Source: Schmidtea polychroa
Lineage: Eukaryota
Direction: 5' to 3'
Length of the DNA stretch: 64,000 bases
Assembly (NCBI GenBank): GCA_044892525.1
Contig: CM097888.1
Location: 47,802,001 to 47,866,000 of the forward strand
Shown: positions 1-11,411 of the stretch, in pieces
How positions within the stretch are numbered: the first letter of the stretch is position 1
Layout: every line of letters begins with the position of its first letter
The notes under the pieces: model-generated
Told to the model about the DNA's origin: nothing
What the model saw: only the letters and a program-made list of their open reading frames with translations
Databases searched by the model: none
Translations under genes and position numbers: made by a program

Positions 1-1
1 G

Positions 2-217
2 AACATCACCGTAATGAGCCTGATTGCACTCAAACCCAATTCCAGTAAAGAAAGAAACAAAACCCTCAAACTAAAAGAACAATCAAGAATTATTCGTATC
101 CCAATGGAAGAACAGCTAGTCCAAACAACGAACCAACCAAGATACTTCAAATCTTCCCCAAACATTGAAACCAGTGCCGTCATCGAGACGAGATCCCGAA
201 CAACAGAATTCTATTAA
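2..217 (+). CDS. 3' end of an ORF that is open from the window edge; unknown product
   Basis: Frame is open from position 2 to TAA at 215-217; AATAAA at 261-266. Confidence 0.35.
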   Translation, partial: NITVMSLIALKPNSSKERNKTLKLKEQSRIIRIPMEEQLVQTTNQPRYFKSSPNIETSAVIETRSRTTEFY

Positions 218-3200
218 TGTGACATCACGTCTGTATAAATATTTCGTGACATTATAAAACAATAAATCATTCTGATCAAACAATTGTGATTTCAAGGACT
301 GAGACTGATTATGATTAATAACATTGATCCTTGAAACTGAGCATGATAATTTACTTTTATGTAGACCGACCTCGGTCGTTCTTTTTCTTCATCTTTCAAC
401 CCATCTGTAATGTGTAGTGTAATAGTAGCATTTTTATGTATGTGGGTATTGAGGTCACGACCCTGTAGCTCGTGGACCCAATTTGCATGTAGGCACTTGT
501 AATATAGTGCAAGTATTCTGAAAAATAATCTTATTCATCTTATGATTTAAATTGCGGGTCGCAATTTTATGGGCCCCGTGTGTTTTATGTTGGGCTAGAA
601 CTGACCTCTAGACCCAAAACCCTAAGTTGTGACTGGAATGCGTAGGTTCATAACATGCAAAAAGTATAGTTAAATATCAAAAATACACCAAATAAACAAT
701 ATTAATTAAATCAGAAAACAACAAAAATATAAACACAGAAATTAGATAAAATTATACAAATCAAGAAGTTATGCAAAATCTAACTCAAAAATAACCAAAT
801 AAACATAGAGTTACAAAAAACAAACTCGAATAACTTAAAAGACGGTAAAAACAGTAAAAATATTCCAGAAAAACCCAGAACATTCCATAAAATGGCGATG
901 ACCATCATAAAAGCCATCTAGAACAATAAAAGTTAGATAAATAAATTAGTAAGAAAAATAAAAAATTCTTAAAAAGAAATTCAGAAAACATGAATTAAAA
1001 GTAATATGGAATGTTCTGGAACCGTTCCAAATCCATCATGGAGGTAAAATTAGCAAAAAATATTTAGAAAATAAAAATTTAAAAATAAAAATTATGACGT
1101 AAAAATCGCCATTAAAAATATCAAAATAAAAAATTCTGGAATAAAAAGAATTCGAGTTTGTTTTAATGCATCAATACATACACGTGTACAAAATAGGTAT
1201 ATATACCGACGCATTTTAGTCACAATTTAATCTTTTTGTATGCTAAAAATTTTCACAGAAAATCCAAACGATACTGAAAGTAAGGACTATTGATTGTATT
1301 CATTTTATAACTGTTATTTTGTTATTATGTTTCATTATATTGATTATTTTTTGTCTTTTTATCAGATTAATTCTACTATTACGTAACAAGAGTGACCAGC
1401 GTCGCCGTGGACGGGTTTTATTCACGACGCTGATCAGCCTTGTTTCTAACTAATAGTCTACATGCACAAATTCGGGTCTACGACCCTACATGCATTAAAA
1501 TTTCAATTTTTAACCGGAGGTCGCCACGAACAAATGGTGTCTAACCATAAGTGGGGTCGGTAAATCCAATCCCGGTAGTTGGCATAGTCACAGGGACTAT
1601 GCGGACGAAATAAATTTTGGGATAGTAATCGCGGAAACATTACAATAAGGCCTATCGTACCGTATTCAATTGAGTCGGGAAAATAGGAAAATTTTAATTA
1701 ATTCGACTTTTCAGTAAATGACATACCTAAAATAAACACTCAACTATCTTATAAGAGGCATACCAGTAGGGAAATCTAAACGGGAAATGTCCCAGACTCA
1801 AATCATTACAAATATTCTCAAGTAGTCGGCTATTTAGACAAATTACTACAATTAATACTCAATCTTAATTCATAAACTCTAGCAATCTAATCATGATTAT
1901 TATAAATGTAATCTAATTCCCGTTCGATGGTGACCGAAAATCTTTTGGTAAAATTATTTATCTTTATATATATATCTTGCAATTCGATAGTAAACTAAAA
2001 GCTTTTCGTAAAATCATTTATTTTTAGGTCGTTAAAATTTTCTAATCCCCTTTTGATGATGAACAGAAATTATTTTATTATATTATATAAATTACATTAT
2101 AAATTCTATTATTATATTATATAAATTATATTATTATAAATTATATTTGAAATTATTTACCTACATGCCAAACAATTGTATTAAAAAGTTTTTTTTTTTT
2201 GATTTATACGATGAAATTTATAGCTGGATTTTTGTCTATTTAAGGGAAATCCGAAGAGGATATTTGCCAAGCGTTGATAAGGTAAATTACAAATATATAT
2301 ATATACCTTGACTTCAAAATAATAGTATGATATGAATTCCAATTAATAAGAGAAGCCCTGTTGTATTTACAGAAAAATGCCAACTTCGAACGACATGAAA
2401 TTTTATGATTGCATAGCTTCTGTTATTGCCAATTCGATAATTTGCATCACTTAAGAGAAATCAAACATCCACAAAGTGAATGGCAAAGAGTAAATAGTCA
2501 AATACACTTGAACATCCATCGCAAATGGTAGAAAATCTCTTAAGGGATTATATTTCCCTGGAACCGTGAAAGATATAATTTCCCTCTCTGTTCATGAATT
2601 TCTGCCGCAACATTGAAGGTTAGCCAGTAGCTCTAAATGTACATTTAGGAGATCTGATTGTCGAATGAATCCCTGATAAACTTCGTTGAATTAGATCCAA
2701 TAGTGAACTTGACAGAAATGTAAAACCAAAATTAGAATTACACTAAACAATAATCAATAAAATCCATACGTGAGGAAAAAATCTTCAAAATTTAGTATGC
2801 TTCTCGCAGAAGGATTGGCTAATTTCCTTCACCTACTTAAACAAGAATTTAATATGTTATTAGAATCAAGAAAAATTTTCTTACCAATTCATCGATCCAA
2901 AATTGAACAACAATTTAATGTAGTATAAAACACCAAGAAAATTTCCTTACTAATTAATCGATCCAAAATTGAACAATAATTTAATGTATCATTAAAGTTA
3001 AGATATTTTATTTTTTTACAATTAATCGATTCCAGATCCAAAACTGTTCTTCGTAACGATAAAGATATTTTCTTTCAATAGTACTATCATTATCATCGTT
3101 ATGTTTATATTATCATCAACTTGTCATGCTACCCATTCTACTTGGGTTATATTCAGAAATATAAATTATGAATTTCGATGAATGATCCCTCCTCCCCCCT

Positions 3201-3819
3201 CAAATCACATAACCGTCAACCATTTCTTGAGTATACCGAATTAGATTATATTAAATTTCATTTTACGGATAAAACTTCATAATTTTTCATATATGAATTC
3301 CCAAACCGTGTATGCGGTCATCTGATAAAAATATAAATCTACGAATACGACCATGTCTTTAGTCATTAGTATTATAATTATTATTAATAGTATCATTACC
3401 ATCATCCTATATCTATTGTTAAGGTTATTCCCCTTATTATCATTATCATTATTATTATTGATGTTATTGACATCGTGTATTATTATTATCTATTATCATT
3501 ATTGATACTACCCACGTTGGCATTATTTTTAACGAAGATTCGACTCACCCTGACTAACACATCGCAATGCATAATAAAGGAAAATCTGAACATCCAACCG
3601 AATTAATGGTAAAAATCACGACTAATACATTGTTCCAGACGCACTTGGAAATATTTTGATATTTTTTCCTCCTCATTACAGACATGTCCAACACGGAACT
3701 AAGGAATTTACAGAGAGGTCACTCGTCAACAAACTCGAGCCTCGAAATGACCCACGAGGAGGCAGACGAAGCCGTCCGATTGAGGGAGGACGCAGAAATC
3801 GCCCGGCTAAGGTCTAGAT

Positions 3820-6123
3820 CAGTGTTTCCCAGCCTGAGCGATATCGCCCACTAGTGGGCGATATGAGATTGACGATGGGCGATAGGAAAAGTCGACGAAA
3901 AGAAATTTAACAGGAAATATATTCAATTATAATAAAACCTCATTCTTCACATGATGACGCATAGCACCTATTAACCAGTGCAGATTAAATCTGTCGTGAA
4001 ATGCAATAGGCGTTAGATAAAAGTAGCAATTATCTGCATGCATAAGACTAACATCATGATGTAGCAACGGTGAATTATAACACACATACATGGCGGGGCA
4101 CATGTAGATTTCAGGTATGTTTCATTTTATTAAATTTGGCAGCATTTAGTTATTAATCACGGAATTAGTGGTTTTCACATTGTACCATCATTATTATTAT
4201 TTTGATTCACTCTTACGTAATGCCTCCTAAAATTATAATTGTGACCCGCAGCTATAATATTGACTACCTCAAATTTGGCTTCATTACTGCTTGCCATGAT
4301 GAGCGCATTCCGCTGTGTTTGCTCTGTAAAAAGACTTTTTCAAATGAAGCAATGAAGCCCTCACGCCTGAAAGACCATCTCAGTCGAGTTCATTCTGATA
4401 AGGCTACTGAAAGTCTCGTCTATTTCCAGAAATTGGGAAAAGAATACCGGGAACGTGCAACAATTACTTCACTGTTCAAAGCACAAAATTCAAAGAACGA
4501 GGACGGATTGGAAGCTAGTTATGAAATAGCAGCGCTAATTGCCAAATCTGGGAAGCCACACACGATCGGAGAGAACCTCCTAATTCCTGCACTTAGAGTG
4601 GTGATGAAAACTATGATGAAAATAGATCCGCATGACGTCCTCTCCCAATTGCCGTTGTCCAACAACTCCGTATCCCGTCGAATAGACGTAATGGCAGCGA
4701 ACATTGAGGAGCAGCTTGTGTATAAGTTGCAAGGCACACATTTCACCATGCAATTAGATGAGTCTACCGTTCGTGACAGTGAGGCCGTACTATTGGCCTA
4801 TGTCCGTTTCATTGATGATGGGGCCATGAAAGAGGAATTCTTGTTCGCGCGAACGCTAGTGTCTGATACAACAGGGGAGTCTATATTTCGAGTTACAGAA
4901 AATTATTTCGCAGAAAAACAAATTCCTCCTCTTAATATTCTTGCTTGTGCCACTGATGGCGCCCCATCAATGGTCCGATGCCATCAAGGATTTATCACAC
5001 GACTTAAGAATCTCGTGCCTCACATTTTCGGCATTCACTGCATGCTACACCGAGAGCATTTAGCTGCAAAAAAACTCAGCGGTGACCTTCACCATGCTCT
5101 GCAAATCGTTATCAGGGCAGTCAACATCATAAAGTCCAACGCTAAATTCGATCTCTCTTTAAGCAACTGTGTTACAATGAGGACGAGAACTATATAAGAT
5201 TACTCATGCATACTGAGGTAAGGTGGTTATCTAAAGGCAAGTGTCTCCGTCGATTTGTGGAACTGTTTGACACAGTATGCACATTTCTTTGCGACAACGT
5301 GCAGTTCATGGAGCTACAAGATTTGTACTTGAAACGTCGGATTTATTACCTAGCTGACATTTTTGATAAGCTGAATTAACTTAATAGAGACTTACAAGAC
5401 ACTGGGGTTACCCTTATTCACTGTTAGACCAAAGTCTTAACTTTCATGGATAAATTGGATTTGTGGCGGATGCAACTAGATCGGAGATATTTTGTCAACT
5501 TCGCCTCCCTCAACACTGTTTCAAATGATATCACGGATGCAGAAATAGTCTGCCTCACTCAATATCTTACCAATCTGAAAGACGATATGCGCAAACGCTA
5601 TGCAGAAATGCAGAATCTCGATATACCAAATTGGTTCACCCTGCCATTTGATGCACAGCCTTTTCTCGAAGATTCTAGTCTACAAGAGGAACTTCTTGAA
5701 TTGAAGAATGATTCAGAGGCCAAGGCATCGTTCACCCTCCGTGGTTATCAATCAATGTGGCTACAGTTTCATACCAGGTATCCGCATCTATGGAGCAAAG
5801 TTGAATTGCTTATTCTGGCATTCCCAACAACATGGCTGGTCAAGGCCGGATTCAGTGCGGTGACAAATTTGCTCACTAAAGCTCGAAATCGTCTGGACAT
5901 TTGCAAAGCTGGGGACCTACGTATGTTTCTTACTAACATGTCACCTGATATACATACACTAGTAGCTGGACACCAAGCGCAAGGGTCACATTAATTTCGG
6001 TAATTTTAGTGTCGACAATACTTAGATTCCTTGGAATTTTTGCAGTTTTAAAATATAGGTGGGCGATTTAGAAATTATTTTAACGAAATTGGGCGACAAA
6101 CCAAAAAAGGTTGGGAAACACTG
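3820..6123 (+). mobile_element. hAT transposon, Buster type, decayed (2304 bp)
   Basis: 16-bp TIRs CAGTGTTTCCCAGCCT / AGGTTGGGAAACACTG (1 mismatch). Perfect 8-bp TSD GTCTAGAT (3812-3819 and 6124-6131) with the central TA typical of Buster elements. Confidence 0.97.
4202..5994 (+). pseudogene. Buster/hAT transposase pseudogene (BED-type finger, DDE core, dimerisation region)
   Basis: Motifs CLLC...MKPSRLKDHL, QLDEST, ATDGAPSM, HCMLH, HTEVRWLSKG. Frameshift near 5152, stops at 5377 and 5425, and the catalytic E position reads K (AAG 5842-5844). Confidence 0.93.
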
Positions 6124-7009
6124 GTCTAGATGGATCTGGTACAAGATCCATGATTGGACCTACCAGAACGTAATTCCAGTGATCCCGAAGGTGGAACCCT
6201 ACATTAACTACACCTCGTTGGCTTTGATCGACGCATTCGACGATGCGAAGGAGGCGGTGGACCGGTTGCACCGGCTCGAAGTAGCAACCTTGGCCGGCGA
6301 GCTTGAGGACATCGACGGTTACGCTCGAGCCCAATGCCATCCTAAGCGGACCGCAGCCCTTCGCCGTGGGCTGGAATGCCAGAGGAGTCCTCCGCGAGGG
6401 CCGGACCAGCCGCGAAAGCGCGGTCGTCCACGGAAGATCCGTCCAGCTCAGTCCAAGCGATAGCTGGACCAAAGGTCAGCACTGTGCGTCGTGCCTTGAG
6501 CAAATTCACATTTAAATTATAATAAATGACCAGGACTTGATTTAATAAAAATTCTGATTTGCATGTATCAATGTGTACAGTATTATTATTGTCTAACGTA
6601 ATAGACGTCCTTTTTAATGTAGAGTATTTCTTATTTATATCTTGTATATCAATCTAATTGTTGGCATTTTCTTTATTTTTTTGTAATTAAAGTTAACTAG
6701 CATACCCATCAATTTTGTATATATGGTGTTATTAGGCAGCTATTATTCATACTCCAATTATAGTTTTCCTCATATAGTTTGGCCCACTATACATCTAAGT
6801 GTTTGTATTCTTACATTTCCTGATATCTCGAGACTATTCCTACCAACACCATAGGCTTTGGAGAGACTCCTAGGGTTAGATCGAGGTTTAGATGCACATA
6901 AATGCGGGGTGCGACGTGAGGATGGTGGCTCCTTTAGCGATAGGGGTCGTTATAGGGCACGAATACATCGACGATAGCGCGGACAGATATTGATGGTATC
7001 TTTGTTTTA

Positions 7010-7471
7010 GTGTTAAAGCTCCTAGAAGAGATGTGGGCAGATAGAGAGCGGGCGCAACAGCAGTCAGAGGAATACCGGGCCAAGCTAGTACGAATCAAGA
7101 CCCATTGCCGGAATTTCGAATGTACCTGGTTCCCGCCAGCAGAAATGAAAAAACGGATGAAGCTGATCGCTCAACTGCAACTCCAGAGTGCACAGGATCA
7201 GGTTGAGCTGCGGGCCCTCCGCCTGAGGGCGAAGGAGCTGGAGATCAAGGTACACCAACAGGATCTTGATCGAGAAGTCATTTCCAAGGTCCGGCCCATG
7301 AGTGAGTTGCTCCACAAACCGAAGGAGTACGCACCACCGATAATCCCGAGGAAGAAAATCCGGCCGGGCAAGGCGGCGCGGGCGAGAATAAGACAAGCCT
7401 GCCAGGCCCAATTAACACTTCATTCTACTGGGTCAGAGTCTATTCCGAAAGAATCGACCAAGACACTATAA
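7010..7471 (+). CDS. GC-rich hypothetical ORF/exon; predicted coiled coil with a basic tail
   Basis: 153-codon open frame in otherwise AT-rich DNA; begins at a ttgttttag| acceptor-like site; AATAAA at 7492. Confidence 0.5.
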   Translation: MLKLLEEMWADRERAQQQSEEYRAKLVRIKTHCRNFECTWFPPAEMKKRMKLIAQLQLQSAQDQVELRALRLRAKELEIKVHQQDLDREVISKVRPMSELLHKPKEYAPPIIPRKKIRPGKAARARIRQACQAQLTLHSTGSESIPKESTKTL

Positions 7472-10400
7472 GTTCTGATTATGTTTTTCCGAATAAATCT
7501 TTACTGGTACATCCATATCTGGGTATTTTGATTTTTTCATAACGTTAATTGTCGTAACGGGGACGAAAAGAAACCGGACATAGGCCTTCTATCGGCAGTC
7601 CGTGAACCCCAGTGGGTGCTAGACAATTATAGTATGTTAAGCATGCTCACTTTTTGCTAGTACCCAAACCCTTGATACAGTACCAACGTTGATTGCTCAA
7701 CGGGTATCAAGTGGTCAGCTATAAATTGTATTCTGGGTTACGCTGGAAACAGCATGAGGAGGTAGAGATTTTGCAGTACCTGTAACCCACCAGTAATTAG
7801 AACCTCAAATATCGGGTTTTAGCCTTCCGAATAGTATAAAAGTAGAGGCAACAATAAAACGGTGGGAAAATAGCGAGGAACACAAAGAAATTTCATAGTC
7901 GCCAGAAAAATTATAGAAGTCTAATTGTTTTGCCATAAAGATCAACTTTTCGAAGCGTCATTTTATCAGTTTTACTATTGATAAGCTTACTCAATTCGTT
8001 TAAGTGTTGATGGTGATTAATCCAGTGAATTTGTTATATAAAAGAAAACAAACTTTACTGTTTATTTCAAAGGAAAGCGCGGAGTCATTGAAGAAAATCT
8101 TATCAAAACATTTATTAATAAATCTTAACATATTAAATTACTCTAATTTACCATATCGTTATCTCAAATTTGACAGTCTCGAATAAATAAGAATTAACAG
8201 TGAAAATAATACCTCCAAAATATCATATTACATGAACTTAGTTAAATTACATTTCCAATATAAACATCAAAGTTTAAAAGTCACAATTCGATAAAACAAA
8301 AAATAAAAATACCTAATGCTAGATAATGGAAATAAAATAATGCAAATATCGTAACATAAAAGAAATAGTAATGACAATTAAGATATTTAAGCTAACATGT
8401 TTCAATATAATAAATTTTTAAATAAATTCATAAAATAATACAAACATGAAAAGATTTTAAATAATTAAAAAAAAAACCCGGGAAGAAATGCATCAATAAA
8501 ATAATTAAATTAATTGCAGAAGAAGTATTATATTTACAAGTAAGGAATAATATAATCAAGTAATTAAATTAATTTAAATTCAAAATCTATTAATTCAATA
8601 CAAATATTTAAACAACGAATGATAATCAATTTTAAATTATCATTCATATATCACATTAAAATCAAAAATAAAACTCAAAACCGAGCTTTGATAGCAACAA
8701 ATAGTGAAAGAAATAAAGAACTCATCATAGTATACAACACACAATATATTTATATACTCTTTTGTTACTGTAAACATTTATTTATCTATTTTGCTTACAA
8801 ATAAATTTTCTCATTATTTATATAGAATTTTGCGAAACATGACACGAATATTTCTACAAAATTATATTAATATTATTATTTTAACCACAGATATAATCAA
8901 AAGATGCTATAAAAAGTAAAAAAAATATTTTCATTAAGCAACATTTTGTTTTAACAATATTTTAGAAATAAAAATTTAAATGTTCCTAATTAAAACAATA
9001 CCTATTAGTTTAAACAAAAATGAAATATTGAATTAACCCACAGATAGATCGATTTGCAGAATTTCATTTGGCAACTTCTTTTGACCAGATATTTAATGGA
9101 CTTTTTGTTTAAAATGTATTCAATTTAATTTCCCAAGTTAAATTTAAAGCATCAATGCATTGAAAATGAATTGTTTGTTTATATTATCCCTCCATGGAAA
9201 TAATAAATTATAGATTTTTTTTACAAATCTAATAAAACTTTTAGTTGGTCTTCCGGGTTGATAATCTATTTTGTTTGAATAGACTTATTTAACCTTGACT
9301 CCGAAACTCTAAATGATATTACTTTCTTCTCATAACTATACTCATGGTTACTGTCATTTGCAACCATGTTGAAAATGTATAACGTGGTTAACAAAACTAC
9401 TTCTAATTACATTCTCACTTACGGGTTCCTTACTACCGATAGAATGTTTTACCTCTATACCATCACTCTTTGTTCCCAATTCCTAAACGTGTCAGTCAAA
9501 CCCTTTACAGTCTTTATTTGTTCAATCCAATAGAAAAATACAATGCTTTTTTTCTTTTCATGTACTCTTTCATTCATTTGATCTCTTTGTATTTCAAAAC
9601 TTACAAAACTACTTACCAGCGTTAAGAAAAATCTATGAGTTAAAATTTTGAAACTTGACTTACATTTCAAAATAAAAATTCTGTGTACAACTGTAAATTT
9701 CATATACGCAAGCGCGCACATTGGAGAGAACGTTGCTACTAACATTACCCAAATATTAACTGGTAGAATGGTATTGAAAAGTTAACCTTAATCTACATTA
9801 TATTTGGGTTGTAGAATCACGATATAATAATTTTTAAAATGTAATATTCAACAGAAATTTAATTATAAATAATTTATAATAAAAATGGCAATAATTTTGA
9901 CTCCTCGTGGTTTTATCTCAATTAATCAAATAAAAACCAACATGTAGCAATTTATTGAAACTCAATCAACAATTTTACAATATTGTTAATCACTTTTTTA
10001 ATCAGCACCATTTGACGATAATCTAAGGCTGGGAATCCCAATGGGAAACTGCATTTATTTATCTATTAAATTTTCACTTGTTTATTCAAATGTGACTTTG
10101 AGTTAAAGTCTGCTTGGCTCTTCTTTTTTGCTTTTAATTTCTTTCTTCGGCCAAATGACAATTAGTTATTAGCACCCTTTTTATAGGTTTCTCTCATTCA
10201 AATAATTCCTAATTAACCAACATCAAAACAATTTCATAAAAGATATTTTTCTAAAAACAATATAATTAGGTAGGCAACATTTCACATCTATGCGAACAGA
10301 CTCTATATTGACACTATATTTATTAAAAAGCTTGACTATGAATCAGTAAAGATATCGATGTCATGACAATAAATAAAATTTAAAAAAATTTCCGGTATCA

Positions 10401-11213
10401 TTCTCATTGCTGTAGAAATTAGATGGGATAGATCCTTAAACAAGTAGATAAAACTATATTTAGGATTGTTTCAACGTCTTTCAAGGTTTGTAGCATGTTC
10501 ACTAAAGAGTCTCCAACTCCAGTTGGCCTGTGTTCAGAATTCATGTATCAATTTTAATGTAATGGGTGTAATGCCACATACATTAGAGAGACTGTTCGTT
10601 ATCTCTGAACTCGAGTTCTTGAGCATTGCCAACGGAATGGATTGACCCACATTAGTGATCATTTTAGGAAGTATACCGGTAAAAAATGAGAAAAAATATA
10701 AAAATAATTTTCGACAAATCAACAGTTCTTGCGATGAAAATAATTCAAATAATTATTTTTAAAAACATGATTTCATCACGTTGTTTCAATTAAATTTTTT
10801 TGGATATTTTATATACAAATCATGAGTTTTTGTCTTCATTTCCTCCTCTGATAAAACTGTAAGTCCAAAGGACTCCAAAAATCTATAGATGGTTTCTAGA
10901 TGATTTCTATCAAATTATACACTTTTCTTTAATGTTGTTTTCTTTAATAAATTAATAATTAATCTCTGATCTTATTTCTTCACCTCTATTTCATTTATTT
11001 CTAATTTGACCACCTCAATAAAAGAAAAGGTGAAATGGATGTTATTATAAGCCCATGTCACAGAAGGCGTATACTAATGTTATTCTTTCTAATTCCAAAA
11101 TGTTCAAAAGGCAATAAATAAAATATAAATTATAAAATATAACCGAACATTTTTATCACTTCAGGAAATTTATTAGGAAAATAAGATCATTGTTTTGAAA
11201 GTTAATTTGAGTG

Positions 11214-11411
11214 CTACATTATGTCACAAACTTTACTTGATTGAGTATCATGAGGTATTGGCATTTTCTGACGTAAATTTGCTTCAGGTGTTTCTCCTTC
11301 CTCTAAAGTCTCCTGAATACAAGAGTTACTATTCCGTGGACCGTATTTCATTGTCTTGTCTTTGTTTGAATGGTTCATACCATTGCTATTATTATTAGAA
11401 TAAGAAACCAT
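11214..11411 (-). CDS. KIF28P: Kinesin terminal exon 21 (ends SKVCDIM*)
   Basis: ttttag acceptor directly before the ORF; phase 0 matches exon 20; TAG stop. Confidence 0.75.
   Translation of the reverse strand: MVSYSNNNSNGMNHSNKDKTMKYGPRNSNSCIQETLEEGETPEANLRQKMPIPHDTQSSKVCDIM

Larger units (their letters stand above)
3684..6463 (+). pseudogene. Transposon-interrupted 155-aa ORF with a C-terminal AT-hook (RKRGRPRK)
   Basis: Removing 3820-6131 fuses 3684-3819 in frame with 6132-6463: ATG to TAG with no internal stop. cattacag acceptor just before the ATG; AATAAA at 6521. Confidence 0.7.

Noticed and set aside
1595-1612. GGACGAAA resembling the 3' side of a hammerhead ribozyme
   Set aside because: No CUGANGA core or matching stem II partner upstream.
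2390-2700. Near-open minus-strand frame (FNEVYQGFIRQ...*TEREIISFTVPGKYNP...)
   Set aside because: Internal stop, no start or splice support, no recognisable motif.
6059-6131. N-terminus of ORF 6059..6463 (MGDLEIILTKLG...)
   Set aside because: It is read-through from the hAT right end; the real N-terminus is at 3684-3819.
7549-7560. TGTCGTAAC as a possible LTR start
   Set aside because: No polypurine tract upstream and no second LTR or PBS visible in the window.
10534-10722. 62-aa minus-strand ORF downstream of the kinesin
   Set aside because: No homology recognised and no convincing splice sites.
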